DNA of 64,000 bases, from NCBI GenBank assembly GCA_029258835.1, contig JAPDJY010000034.1:31036-95035 (forward strand). Reading direction: 5' to 3'. Below the pieces are notes generated by a model. The model searched no databases. It was not told the origin of the DNA and saw only the letters and a list, made by a program, of their open reading frames with translations. How positions within the stretch are numbered: position 1 is the stretch's first letter; the number at the start of each line of letters is the position of its first letter. Source of the DNA: Thermoproteota archaeon. GTDB lineage: Archaea; Asgardarchaeota; Jordiarchaeia; Jordiarchaeales; Freyrarchaeaceae. Made by a program: the position numbers and the translations under genes. Below, piece after piece: positions 10,465-20,886 of this stretch.

Positions 10465-11241
10465 ATGGGATTGGAGGGGAAAGTTTTGGCTTTCAAGATT
10501 AAGTTTTCAGATGCCAAGTTGTGGAGGCGTATAGTTGAAGCTGTCAGCGTCCTCGTTGATGAAGCCGTCTTCAAGGCGGATAATTCATCTCTTAGAGCGA
10601 GGGCTATGGATCCAAGTCACGTAGCAATGGTTGACGTTTACTTGCCAGCCGGGATCTTTGACGAATATGAGTGTAGCGGAGAAGCCGTTATGGGCGTCAG
10701 CTTGGATGAAATGTCTAAGATCGTGCGTAGGGCCGGTGGAGGCGACGAGCTTGAAATGGTGCTTGATGAAGAAGCAAACAGTCTCCGTGTACGGCTTAAG
10801 GGGGCTGCAACTAGGACATTCAAGATCTCTCTCCTAGACCTAGGCGCCGAGGAGCCCCCAACTCCATCGATCACTTTTAACACCGAGGTCAAGCTGATCA
10901 CTAACTCCCTTGTTCAAGCGTTGAAGGACGCTGAACTTTTCAGTGACCATGTTGAGATTTCAGCCACCCCTGAAGGAGTATTCATTGCGGCGTCAGGCGA
11001 CACAAGCGGCGTCGAAGTGAAGATAGACCGGGGAAGCGAGGCCCTGCTGGAGTTAAACGTAACCGAGCCGTCAAGAGCCATCTATGCCCTAAGCTACCTT
11101 ACCGATATGATTAAAGCCGCGGCGATAAGCGACACGGTAACCTTACAGTTTTCAACGAACATGCCTTTAAAACTTGAGTTCCGCGTTCTCGGCGAGGGTA
11201 AAGTAACATACTGGTTGGCTCCTCGAATCGAGGCAGAGTGA
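10465..11241 (+). CDS. pcn: PCNA sliding clamp
   Basis: AMDPSHVAMV and C-terminal YWLAPRIE; 258 aa. Confidence 0.97.
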   Translation: MGLEGKVLAFKIKFSDAKLWRRIVEAVSVLVDEAVFKADNSSLRARAMDPSHVAMVDVYLPAGIFDEYECSGEAVMGVSLDEMSKIVRRAGGGDELEMVLDEEANSLRVRLKGAATRTFKISLLDLGAEEPPTPSITFNTEVKLITNSLVQALKDAELFSDHVEISATPEGVFIAASGDTSGVEVKIDRGSEALLELNVTEPSRAIYALSYLTDMIKAAAISDTVTLQFSTNMPLKLEFRVLGEGKVTYWLAPRIEAE

Positions 11242-11294
11242 AACCGTAACATTAAATTTCTGCTACTCATATTTTTATTTCAGAGTTCCTTCTA

Positions 11295-12392
11295 GTGCCA
11301 CCTCCAAAGGAGGCTATAAAAATAATCTCCCGCCAGTTCCTCGCTAAGTACCCTTTCACTTCTGAGGCTCAGAAATGTCTTCAAGATTTAAATCTCCACT
11401 TAGAAGATCTGCTGGATCCATGCTACAGGCCAGTCTTAGAGAGGGGGAGGGAGCGGGTTTTAGAGGCACTCGACGAAGGCGTAGTTTCATGCAGGATGGA
11501 AAGACCGGATGTTGAATTCCTCTCCTTCCCGGTGGCAAGGCTAATAGTTGAAGCGGTAAGAGACAACTTCCTCAAGCACAGGTTTGCAACTGCTGAATCT
11601 AAGAGAGCTCAGAAACTATTTGAGGAGGAGGGAGAGGAAACCCTTCTCGTCATAGCCCGGAAGACCTTTAACGTTGACGTTGAATGGGTTAGAGAGGAAG
11701 TGGATGGTAGGGTATATCACTTTAAAGTGCACTTCTCAGACTACTTAAGGTACGCTTCAAGCTTCCACGATCCATACTGGAAGCTTGTTAACCGCCTTCT
11801 CTTAAAAGGTTACGTTTACCTTGTAAAGGACGACTTTGCCCGCCTCTTATCAGGAGCCGTCGAGAAAAAATTGTCGGAAAGCCGAGGAGCCCCCGCTAAG
11901 CTTCCACCAGAAATAAGAGTAATAGTTGATGAGGTCTCATTGAAGGCGGCTTCCAGACGTGGAAGGTACGCCTTTGAAGACGTTAAGGGCACGGTGGTTG
12001 AGGAGGCTTTCCCCCCGTGCATAGCATCGATCATTTCGGCGCTGCGAAGCAACAAACCATTATCTCACAGTGCCAGGTTCACCTTAACATCGTTCCTTCT
12101 CCACGTAGGCTACCCTGTCGATAAAATAGTGTCCCTTTTCAGCGGTGTTCCAGACTTCAGGGAGGATTTAACTAGGTACCAAGTTGAGCATATAGCAGGT
12201 ATGAAGAGTGGAACAAGGTATACTCCCCCCAAATGTGAAACCCTAAAAACTTACGGGTTATGCCCTCTCCCAGAAGGCTGCGGGAACGTTAGGCACCCCC
12301 TAGAATATTACAGACGCCACAGGCGAGAACGCTTAGCCAGTAGGGGGGTAGTAGAGAATGAGCGGAAAGGCGAAGACCGAGTTTTACCTTAA
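11295..12392 (+). CDS. priL: DNA primase large subunit
   Basis: LAKYPF, WKLVNR, FPPCI, H.ARF, TRYQVEHI, Y.PPKC...C Fe-S ligands. Confidence 0.95.
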   Translation: MPPPKEAIKIISRQFLAKYPFTSEAQKCLQDLNLHLEDLLDPCYRPVLERGRERVLEALDEGVVSCRMERPDVEFLSFPVARLIVEAVRDNFLKHRFATAESKRAQKLFEEEGEETLLVIARKTFNVDVEWVREEVDGRVYHFKVHFSDYLRYASSFHDPYWKLVNRLLLKGYVYLVKDDFARLLSGAVEKKLSESRGAPAKLPPEIRVIVDEVSLKAASRRGRYAFEDVKGTVVEEAFPPCIASIISALRSNKPLSHSARFTLTSFLLHVGYPVDKIVSLFSGVPDFREDLTRYQVEHIAGMKSGTRYTPPKCETLKTYGLCPLPEGCGNVRHPLEYYRRHRRERLASRGVVENERKGEDRVLP

Positions 12393-13596
12393 ATCGCTCT
12401 TCAGAAGGTATTACCGTGAAAACCCTGTTACACCTCCTCCATCGATGGAAAAGCGTGAGTTTGGCTTCATGTTCTTCGGAACTAAGGCGATGGCGAGACA
12501 CCTGTCTTTCTTAGCCGTTGAGGAGCTTCAAGGATTCCTGTCATCCGAGGCTCCGTCAGGAGCATTCTACTCAGCGGCATACTATCTAGACCCCTCTGCT
12601 CCAAGGATGGACGAGAAAGGGTGGATAGGATGCGACTTAATCTTCGACATAGACGCCGACCATTTAGACCTTCCATGCAAGAACGTCCATGATAAGTGGG
12701 CTTGCAAGAGTTGCGGTGAAAGTGGCTTCGGCGTGAAGCCGGAGCGCTGCCCTAAGTGCGGGAGCCAGGATCTAAATGAGAAAGCATGGTTATGCGAGGG
12801 TTGCTTGGACGCTGCAAAAACGGAACTTGTCAACCTGATCGAGGAGTACCTCATACCAGATTTCGGAATCGGTGAGGGCGAGCTTAAACCGGTATTTTCA
12901 GGGCACAGAGGATACCATCTTCACGTTACGTCGAACGCGGTGCTGGACTTGGACCAAACTGCACGGCGTGAAATCATTGACTATATAAGGGGAACCGGGC
13001 TCCAACCACGCTATCACGGGCTCTCCGAGGTGAGGGAGGGCAGAAGTAGGATCATAAAAGGGCCAAGCGTCGAGGCTGGAGGGTGGAGGGGGAGGCTTGC
13101 CAGAGGAATAGCTGAAACGATCTTATTAATGGGCGAAGAGGACCTTCCAGAAAACCGGAAGTTGCGGTCGGGTTTAAAGAGCCTGCTAAGAAACAAAGGT
13201 AAAGTTACGGCGTCACTAAGAAAAGGATTCTGGGATCCAGTTAAAGGCGTCGACATAAGTACATGGGAGTATCTTGCCGAGCTTACGGTTAAAAGAGTAG
13301 GTGGTAAGATAGACGAGCCGGTCACAGCGGATGTTAGGCGCCTCATCAGGCTCCCCACATCCCTTCACGGAAAAACGGGATTTAGGGTTACCCCCCTGAA
13401 GGTTAAGGACCTAAACCGTTTTGACCCGTTTAAAGACGCATTGGTGTTTAAGGGGGAGATCAGAGTGCAGGTTGAGGATGCACCCCAGTTTAGAATAGGC
13501 GAAGAAACCTTCGGCCCATATAAGAATGAGGCTGTCGAGCTCCCCCTTTCCGCGGCGGTTTTTCTAATGTGTAAAGGTGCTGCTTACTTGAAGTAG
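12358..13596 (+). CDS. priS: DNA primase small subunit with Zn-ribbon insertion
   Basis: REFGF, DLIFDIDAD, FSGHRGYH, DEPVTAD.RRLIRLP.SLHGKTG. Confidence 0.96.
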   Translation: MSGKAKTEFYLKSLFRRYYRENPVTPPPSMEKREFGFMFFGTKAMARHLSFLAVEELQGFLSSEAPSGAFYSAAYYLDPSAPRMDEKGWIGCDLIFDIDADHLDLPCKNVHDKWACKSCGESGFGVKPERCPKCGSQDLNEKAWLCEGCLDAAKTELVNLIEEYLIPDFGIGEGELKPVFSGHRGYHLHVTSNAVLDLDQTARREIIDYIRGTGLQPRYHGLSEVREGRSRIIKGPSVEAGGWRGRLARGIAETILLMGEEDLPENRKLRSGLKSLLRNKGKVTASLRKGFWDPVKGVDISTWEYLAELTVKRVGGKIDEPVTADVRRLIRLPTSLHGKTGFRVTPLKVKDLNRFDPFKDALVFKGEIRVQVEDAPQFRIGEETFGPYKNEAVELPLSAAVFLMCKGAAYLK

Positions 13597-13600
13597 GAGG

Positions 13601-14128
13601 ATGCCGATGTACGAGAAGATATTTGAGGCATGGGTTAAAGAGTATGAAAATGCATCTCTCCAACAACTAGATGACGGCTTTTTCAGGAAGGCGAACGAAT
13701 ACCTTAAGTCTCTAAGTAAGCTGGGTGGCGAAGGACTTGCCGCTGAACTGGCCAGCATTAAGAGAAGACGGGTAGAGTACATGCTACTAGACTTGAAGAG
13801 GATGCGTCTGGAAAAGATTCTTTCATGCATCACCGAAGGGAAACCTGTCAATACGAATGCGCTAACCGGCAATGAGCGTAAAGTATACGACGCCATACTG
13901 CGTACTTCAGAAATACGTTTCGAGGAGGAAGAACTGGAAGAATTGGAAAACTTGGACGAAAACGCCCTAGTAACGGTACGCATACTAGTCGACCTTCCCG
14001 AAATAGTTGGAGCAGACCTTAAGGTCTATGGCCCCTTCAAAGCGGAAGACGTCGCCTCTCTACCAAGAGACAATGCCATCGCCTTAATCAGGAAGGGAGC
14101 GGCAATGCCAATAATCCCGGAAAAATAA
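13601..14128 (+). CDS. GINS subunit (Gins15/51 type)
   Basis: LQQL...F A-domain, R.EKI, C-terminal VGADLKVYGPFKAEDVASLP B-domain; follows priS. Confidence 0.88.
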   Translation: MPMYEKIFEAWVKEYENASLQQLDDGFFRKANEYLKSLSKLGGEGLAAELASIKRRRVEYMLLDLKRMRLEKILSCITEGKPVNTNALTGNERKVYDAILRTSEIRFEEEELEELENLDENALVTVRILVDLPEIVGADLKVYGPFKAEDVASLPRDNAIALIRKGAAMPIIPEK

Positions 14129-14475
14129 ACCTTTCTGGAAAAATTTTTCCCTTCTCCACTGCCATCCGCATTAACGCTAAAATTTCCCTCCAAAGCTTAC
14201 ATGCTAAAGGAACTGCAAAGCCGTTTTCCGTTTATTCATCAACTTAGCCTACCGCTTCGTCACGTATTTCTCCATCTTTAACGAGTTAACGAGGCCGAAA
14301 CGATTGTTTTTACATAGTTAAAAGCATAAAAGGGGGGAACTGAAAGAGGGCAAAGCATTAGAACCGCGGTAGACAGCCATCGCAAAAAGTTTTTAAACGG
14401 CTAAATCCTTGTCCTTTCACAACATGGTGTTAAAGACATAATGTTCGCCGCCCCTCTAGGGTTCTAAATAAAAGG

Positions 14476-14970
14476 GTGAACAGGTTGGGAAAAGTTACTG
14501 TTGAAGCTCTCGTTGAAGGAGGTAAAGCAACGGCTGGACCACCGCTTGGCCCTGCACTTGGGCCAACAGGTGTCAACCTTTACCAAGTGGTACAGAAAAT
14601 CAACGAGCTCACGGAGAAGTTCAAGGGGCTTAAGGTTCCCGTTAAAGTAACAGTTGACACGGACGACAAGTCCTTCGAAGTAGAGGTTGGCGTTCCACCC
14701 ACATCCGCTTTGATCCTGAGCAAGCTTGGAAAGGAAAGAGCCACAGGGAATCCGGGAAGAGAGGTAACAGGCAACCTATCAATAAGCGACATAATAGAGA
14801 TTGCTAAAATAAAGCGCAACCAGCTTTCAGCTAAAACATTAGCGGGCGCTGTAAGGACGGTGCTCGGAACCTGCGTTTCGATGGGTGTAACAGTTGAAGG
14901 GAAAGACCCAAGAGAAGTTCAGAGAGAAGTTCTTGAAGGCAAATACGATGATCTCCTCGCTGAAGAATGA
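14476..14970 (+). CDS. rpl11: Ribosomal protein uL11
   Basis: GGKATAGPPLGPALGP, GTCVSMGV. Confidence 0.97.
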   Translation: MNRLGKVTVEALVEGGKATAGPPLGPALGPTGVNLYQVVQKINELTEKFKGLKVPVKVTVDTDDKSFEVEVGVPPTSALILSKLGKERATGNPGREVTGNLSISDIIEIAKIKRNQLSAKTLAGAVRTVLGTCVSMGVTVEGKDPREVQREVLEGKYDDLLAEE

Positions 14971-15042
14971 AGAACTATTATGTTTCAACGTGAAGCCACC
15001 GACGTTTTAAGCCGGGAAAGTGTGGTTTGTGGAGGTCTCCTT

Positions 15043-15705
15043 ATGCCGGTCGACAAAAAGGCTGTGGTCGAGGCATTGGAGGAGGTGGAGGCTTCCTCCA
15101 AGAAAAGGAACTTTGTCGAGTCAATAGACCTAACAGTCAACCTTAAGGACCTCGACCTGAAACGCCCTGAAAACAGGATAAACGTGGAGTTAACGCTTCC
15201 CCACGAAGTAGGGAAGGAACCTAGGATTTGCGTGATAGCATCAGGAGAGCTAGCTGTGAAGGCTAAGGAGCTAGGCGTTGAGGTCTTAGATAAGGATGAA
15301 CTCCAGAACCTGGCAGGTAACAGGAAAGCCGCTAGGAAGCTAGCTAAGTCCTTTGACTTCTTCGTGGCAAGCGCCGACCTTATGCCCCTCATAGGCCGCA
15401 TCCTTGGCCCGGTTCTAGGTCCTAGAGGGAAAATGCCTAAACCTATCCCCCCGAACGCCGACTTAAAGCTCATCTTGGAAAACTATAAGAAAACTGTTCG
15501 GCTGAGGATGAGGGACAATCCTTCCCTTCATACTAAGGTCGGCAGCAGGGGGATGGACAAGGAGAAGGTCGCTGAAAACATCAGCGCCGTGGTCTCGTTC
15601 CTAGAAGAAAAGCTTGAGAAGGGCCCTCAAAACATCAAGTCCCTCTTCATCAAAACAACCATGGGTCCGCCAATAAAGCTCCCCTACGTGAGAAGTAGGA
15701 GGTGA
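15043..15705 (+). CDS. rpl1: Ribosomal protein uL1
   Basis: RNFVESIDL, LGPRGKMP, KTTMGPP; ATG at 15043 behind GGAGGT. Confidence 0.97.
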   Translation: MPVDKKAVVEALEEVEASSKKRNFVESIDLTVNLKDLDLKRPENRINVELTLPHEVGKEPRICVIASGELAVKAKELGVEVLDKDELQNLAGNRKAARKLAKSFDFFVASADLMPLIGRILGPVLGPRGKMPKPIPPNADLKLILENYKKTVRLRMRDNPSLHTKVGSRGMDKEKVAENISAVVSFLEEKLEKGPQNIKSLFIKTTMGPPIKLPYVRSRR

Positions 15706-16730
15706 AAGCGTTGCAAGTAGAACTAACAGCTAGAGGCAGACCAGTACCAGAGTACAAACTGAAGAAAGTAGCCGAGCTCGTCCGGCTCATGGAGAAACAC
15801 GATGTAATAGGAATAGCGGGGATAGAGGGGATAGGTGCAAAGCAGCTTCAGGAGTTAAGAAGCAAGCTTAGAGGTCAGGCCCTTATAAGAGTGGAGAAAA
15901 ACACCCTTGTGAAGAAAGCGATAGGAAAGCTCGCCGGCAAGAAGAAGGGAATCGGAAAGCTTGAAGCATACATCAGGGGCCCAATCGCATTAATATTCAC
16001 TAACATGAACCCTGTCAAGCTTAACATGTTCCTTGAGAAAAACAAAACTAGGGCTCCTGTAAAGCCTGAAACCATAACTCCCGTCGACATCGTTGTTCCA
16101 GCAGGTAATACCGGTCTACCTCCTGGACCAGTGATTAGTGAACTTGGGAATGTAGGGTTACCGACAAGAGTCGAGTCTGGCACCATATGGATTACGAAGG
16201 ACACCGTCGTAGCTAAGGCAGGGGATTTGGTTTCGAAGCCTTTAGCAGACGTCCTCAGGCGGCTTGGCATAGAACCCTTAGAAGTAGGATTAACGTTGAA
16301 GGCTGCCTACGATAGTGGTGTGGTTCTTTCAGAGGATGAATTGAAAGTGAATGTGGAGGAAGTGTTTGCCAGCCTGAAGGCGGCACACGTGGAAGCCTTC
16401 AACCTTGCCGTGAACGCTCAGATAATGACCCCTGAAACGGCAATGGTCATACTGCGGATCGCACACGTGGAAGCCTTCAACCTTGCCGTGAATGCTGCCG
16501 TAGCGACTGCTGAAACACTGCCAGCAATCCTAAGGGTCGCCGAGGGAAAGGCGGTAAGCCTAGCTCTCCGCATAATGGAGAGGAAGCCTGAAGCAGCACC
16601 AGAGGAAGTCTTCGCTTTAACCAAGAGGGAAACACCTCCACCCTCAAAAGAGGAGAAACCCGAAAAGGAAAAGGAGGAAGAGGAGGAAGAAGAGGAAGAG
16701 GTAGGAGGCTTAGGAAGCCTCTTCGCATAG
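15702..16730 (+). CDS. rpl10: Ribosomal stalk protein uL10 (P0)
   Basis: KNTL, PAGNTGLPPGP, acidic hinge and GLGSLFA terminus. Confidence 0.96.
   Translation: MKALQVELTARGRPVPEYKLKKVAELVRLMEKHDVIGIAGIEGIGAKQLQELRSKLRGQALIRVEKNTLVKKAIGKLAGKKKGIGKLEAYIRGPIALIFTNMNPVKLNMFLEKNKTRAPVKPETITPVDIVVPAGNTGLPPGPVISELGNVGLPTRVESGTIWITKDTVVAKAGDLVSKPLADVLRRLGIEPLEVGLTLKAAYDSGVVLSEDELKVNVEEVFASLKAAHVEAFNLAVNAQIMTPETAMVILRIAHVEAFNLAVNAAVATAETLPAILRVAEGKAVSLALRIMERKPEAAPEEVFALTKRETPPPSKEEKPEKEKEEEEEEEEEVGGLGSLFA
16383..16496 (+). repeat. 36-bp direct repeat (35/36 identical, period 78 nt) inside uL10
   Basis: GCACACGTGGAAGCCTTCAACCTTGCCGTGAA(C/T)GCT at 16383 and 16461, both encoding AHVEAFNLAVNA. Confidence 0.95.
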
Positions 16731-16791
16731 CTTAATGAAACCTTTAAAAGCTTGATCGCAAATCTAAAAATCGTGGCGAGGTGAAAACGTC

Positions 16792-17103
16792 ATGGAATAT
16801 GTATATGCTGCACTACTCCTCCACAAAGCCGGAAAACCCATAAATGAAGAAAGCATTAAGAAGGTTTTGTCCTCAGCAGGCATTTCACCGGATGAGGCAA
16901 GAGTTAAGGCTTTAGTAGCGGCTTTAGAGGAAGTTGACATAGAGGAAGCCATAAAAAGTGCTGCCCCGGTACCCGTAGCAGCCACGGCAGCCCCTGTCGA
17001 GGCAGCACCGGCTGAGGCGGAGAAAGCAGAGGAGAAAGGCGAAGAAGAGGAGAAAGAAGAGGAAGGAGAGGAACTGGAAGGTCTCGGCGCCCTCTTCGGC
17101 TAA
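16792..17103 (+). CDS. rpl12: Ribosomal stalk protein P1 (aL12)
   Basis: [11 protein letters not shown]...GLGALFG. Confidence 0.97.
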   Translation: MEYVYAALLLHKAGKPINEESIKKVLSSAGISPDEARVKALVAALEEVDIEEAIKSAAPVPVAATAAPVEAAPAEAEKAEEKGEEEEKEEEGEELEGLGALFG

Positions 17104-17143
17104 GTCTCAGCTTTAAAAACTTAAACATCGGGAATCTTTCTTT

Positions 17144-19912
17144 TCAGTGCCTCCATCCTATTTTCTGCCCATGCTTACATATTTCATTTTTCAGAAGCCT
17201 GTAACCCTCCTTTACGGCCTCACCGACCTTATCTAAGCGTGTACCTCCTCCCATAGCCACTTTCCCCTTCCCACCGCCGGATCCTCCCACCACCTCTGCT
17301 ACTTTCCTGACTACCATTGGCACATCCACATCAACAAGTTTCCCAGTCATTCCTACAACGCCGACTCTCTCACCTCTTCCTAGAAGGAGAACAGCCGCTC
17401 TTTCCTCCATCTTAACCACCTCTTCCGCTATCTTCACAAGTAGTTCCGTGTCCCCTTCTGTTTCACCAACAACTAACACATAACCGTTAACCCTTTCAGC
17501 CTCCCTTAAGAATCTCTCAGCCTCTCTTCTGGCCAGCACGTCTTTAAGCCTCTCTATCTCCTTCCCCCTCTTTTTCCATTCTTCAAAAAACTTTTTAGCA
17601 GCTTCACGTACCTGCTCCTTTGGGACACGGAATACCGCAGCCGAGTCCTCAACAAGCTTATCCATCTCCTGTATGTAACGGACAGCCGCCTCCCCCGCTT
17701 TGAACTCGAGCCTGACGACTCCGTCTTGTATCCTTTCAACTCTAACTATTTTTATTAGTCCAACCTCCCCTGTCCAGTCGACGTGTACCCCTCCGCACGC
17801 CTCCACATCCCACCCGTCCACGTCCACTATTCTGAGTTCCCGTCCGGGAACCGCTCCCCCCTGGTAGATTGTAAATCCAAACATTGCTTCAGCCTCATCC
17901 CTAGGGATAACGTACTTTCGAACTCTCCTATTCTCCATCACGATCCTATTAGCTAAAGCCTCTATTTCCTTAACCTCCTCCCGGCTTAACTGCTTATAAT
18001 GGGTTATGTCGAGCCTTGCTTCGTCAGGCTTCTTCTCTGCCCCTGCTTGCCAAACATGCGGGCCGAGAACCCTCCTAGCTGCACCGTTCAAAATGTGCGT
18101 AGCTGTATGGTGCCTCATCAACGCGATCCTCCTCCCCCAGTCTATTTCTCCCTTAACCTTCGCTCCAACGCTAAACTTCGCCGGATCCTTAACTTGGTGG
18201 AGGATGGCGTTACCCACCTTCTCCACCCGAACCACCTCTTCACCGTTAAGCGTTCCAACATCGTGAAGCTGCCCACCGCCTGTAGGGTAGAAGAGGGTCT
18301 TATCCAAGACAACGTAGGGTCCAACTACAGCCGTGACCTTACTGGTAAACTCCGAATCGTAGGGCTTATCATAGTACAACGGGTAGGTTGAAGGCAGCTC
18401 CTCCTCGACTACGACCCTTTTAGCTTCAACCCTCGACTTTTCCTTCCTCTCCCCCAGCTCCAAGTAAAAACTGCTTGGAACTTCCACGTGGACCCCCATT
18501 TCCTCCCCTATTTCCTGAACCATTTCCGGTGGAATACCGTTCGACTCGTAAAGCTCAACTAAAACCTTTAATCCCAGCTTCCTCCCGCTTCTTAACAGTC
18601 TTTCAACCTGCCTACGCCCCCTGTCGAGTGTCTGGAAGTACCTTTCCCTCTCAACCTTAAAGATGTCTTCGATTACCTCCCTTGCAACCTCCAAGTGAGG
18701 GTAGCTCTCCTTAAGGTAGTCGATGTGCCTATGGAACAGCTCTGCGAAGTCAAGCTCAAATCCGTACAGCCTGTCTAGGCTTATCGCTCTCCTAAGTATC
18801 ATGCGGAGGTTGTAGCCTCCTCCAACATTTGAAGGTATCCCACCGTCAGCGACGGCGAACACTAACGTACGCGTATGATCCGCAATGGCGTATAGCGCCT
18901 CTAACGGGCCAAGCTGATGTCTTAGCTCGCCGTGGCCGACTCCGATCCTTGAAGCTATCTCCCTAGTCACCCTCTCAAAATCCTGCATTTCGTTCGCGTC
19001 AAAAAGACCTGAAAGGGCAGAGTACCTGAAAAGTAAGTCCTCACTAACGTCCACCCCCGTCTCCCTTTTGAGCCAGCTGAGCACTGGACCGAACGCCGCC
19101 TCGTAAATGGTAGGTGTCCCCTGGGTAAACCACGCCATCCTCTCCACCCCCCACCCTACGTCGATAACCTTTATCTTAAGCTCCCTCCAGCTCCCATCAG
19201 GTCCCAGAGCATACTGCATGAAGACGTTGTTAACTATTTCAAGTCCCTTCCCAAACGCTTCGAGCGATGGGCCAAACGTTCCCCCTCCACTCCAGACGTC
19301 CTCTTTATAGGTAACTTCCTCCTTTCCAATTTTCAAATATTTTGTGAGAAACTCGAAGTTAAGGTCTATGCAAGTGTCCATCCAGTACCCTTCGCCGTCG
19401 TACTTGAAAGCGTGCTGCCCTCCCATAATGAAAAGAGATAGGTGCCTCCCCGTCCTTCCAACGTTATCTACGTCACAGAATCCTTTTCCGCCGAACCTTA
19501 TACATGGCTGGGGGACGACTAGCGGGTTTGCAGGGGGCTTAACGACTCCTTCCACCACGTAGGGCTGAAAGTCGGCTATCGAGGCTATGGTGAAGGCTAA
19601 GTCGTCCCTCCACCTCGCAACCACAGGGTACTCCCTTATCCTCGTATGTCCCCTCTCCTCGAAGAAACGACACCAGTTATCTATAGCCTCGTGGAAACTC
19701 CACCCTCCCCCCTTCCTACCTAGGAAAAGGTAGCCTCCCACACATTTCGTGTCGCCGCAGTTCCTCCTATCAGGGTTCAATGTCCAAAAGTAGTCTCCAC
19801 ATGCTTCACATCGTTTCCTAGTGAACCCTTCTCTTCTGAACAGTTCAACCTCGTAGTTTTCCCTTCCAAACTTTCCCTTCAAATCTTCCTTGGACACGTT
19901 CAAGGAGGCCAC
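17144..19912 (-). CDS. alaS: Alanyl-tRNA synthetase (archaeal type)
   Basis: YPVVARWR.D, IASIADFQP, DHTRT, HHTATH and CGGVH editing motifs, GGSGGG C-Ala domain. Confidence 0.97.
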   Translation of the reverse strand: MASLNVSKEDLKGKFGRENYEVELFRREGFTRKRCEACGDYFWTLNPDRRNCGDTKCVGGYLFLGRKGGGWSFHEAIDNWCRFFEERGHTRIREYPVVARWRDDLAFTIASIADFQPYVVEGVVKPPANPLVVPQPCIRFGGKGFCDVDNVGRTGRHLSLFIMGGQHAFKYDGEGYWMDTCIDLNFEFLTKYLKIGKEEVTYKEDVWSGGGTFGPSLEAFGKGLEIVNNVFMQYALGPDGSWRELKIKVIDVGWGVERMAWFTQGTPTIYEAAFGPVLSWLKRETGVDVSEDLLFRYSALSGLFDANEMQDFERVTREIASRIGVGHGELRHQLGPLEALYAIADHTRTLVFAVADGGIPSNVGGGYNLRMILRRAISLDRLYGFELDFAELFHRHIDYLKESYPHLEVAREVIEDIFKVERERYFQTLDRGRRQVERLLRSGRKLGLKVLVELYESNGIPPEMVQEIGEEMGVHVEVPSSFYLELGERKEKSRVEAKRVVVEEELPSTYPLYYDKPYDSEFTSKVTAVVGPYVVLDKTLFYPTGGGQLHDVGTLNGEEVVRVEKVGNAILHQVKDPAKFSVGAKVKGEIDWGRRIALMRHHTATHILNGAARRVLGPHVWQAGAEKKPDEARLDITHYKQLSREEVKEIEALANRIVMENRRVRKYVIPRDEAEAMFGFTIYQGGAVPGRELRIVDVDGWDVEACGGVHVDWTGEVGLIKIVRVERIQDGVVRLEFKAGEAAVRYIQEMDKLVEDSAAVFRVPKEQVREAAKKFFEEWKKRGKEIERLKDVLARREAERFLREAERVNGYVLVVGETEGDTELLVKIAEEVVKMEERAAVLLLGRGERVGVVGMTGKLVDVDVPMVVRKVAEVVGGSGGGKGKVAMGGGTRLDKVGEAVKEGYRLLKNEICKHGQKIGWRH

Positions 19913-20000
19913 CTTCCTGCCAGCTGCTGTAACCTCTTAAGCCACCGCAATCTAAAAACCTTCCTGTCAACATTAAGTAACGTGAAAATCGCATCCTTTC

Positions 20001-20690
20001 ATGGGGGTTAATAGATTAATGTACGAGTTAAACATTAAAAGGCTTCTTGCTGCAGCAGAGGAATTAAGGTACCTTCTCGATAGGGGATACCCCCGCGATG
20101 GAGCCTTAAACTTCGTCGCAAACCATCATAGACTAGACAAAAAACACAAAATCGTCCTTCTCCGTAGCGTCTACAGTAGCAAGGAGATCGAGGAGAGGAA
20201 AAGGAAGACAGTACCCTTCCAGAAGCTTAAAGGGAACGTGCTATCCGTAGACGGATACAACGTGTTGATAGTCCTTGAAACCATGCTTAGAAATCAGCCA
20301 CTTCTCGAAGGGGACGACGGATACGTAAGGGATATCTCCGGGGTGCACGGAAAGCACAAACTATCAAACCACACGATTCAAGCCGTGAACATCCTCCTAG
20401 AAGAGCTTAAGAAAGCCCAGCCAAGGGAAGTACTCATATTCTTCGACAGCCCGGTAAGTAAGAGCGGAGAACTAGCTGGAACGGTCAGAAACCTCATGAA
20501 AACCCGCGGGGTGAAGGGTGATAGTGTAGCGGTAAGTCAAGCGGACAATGCAGTAATAAGGACAGGCGAGATAGCCCTTACAAGTGACAGCGTAATACTC
20601 CAGAAAGCACGAAAGTGCTTCGACATAGCAGGACACATAGCTAGAAAAAGAGGATACGCATGGATCATATCTTTTAAGCATCCTCCTTAA
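20001..20690 (+). CDS. DUF434-family PIN-like protein
   Basis: LRYLLDRGY, VDGYNVLI, DGYVRD, SPVSKSGEL, TSDSVI. Confidence 0.8.
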   Translation: MGVNRLMYELNIKRLLAAAEELRYLLDRGYPRDGALNFVANHHRLDKKHKIVLLRSVYSSKEIEERKRKTVPFQKLKGNVLSVDGYNVLIVLETMLRNQPLLEGDDGYVRDISGVHGKHKLSNHTIQAVNILLEELKKAQPREVLIFFDSPVSKSGELAGTVRNLMKTRGVKGDSVAVSQADNAVIRTGEIALTSDSVILQKARKCFDIAGHIARKRGYAWIISFKHPP

Positions 20691-20886
20691 AAGGTGAAAA
20701 AGTGTAGCTTATCTTCAATTCATGCAATCCACATCAAGCTAGCAACCTTCTAAGCTGGAATATTCTTGTGGAAGCGCGGCAGTAAGTATAAACCCTCACC
20801 ATTTCCAACTTCATGCAACCAATAGAATTGATAAAACATAACACATATAAAACGCTCTTGTGGAATAAATTACCGAACAGAAGGGT

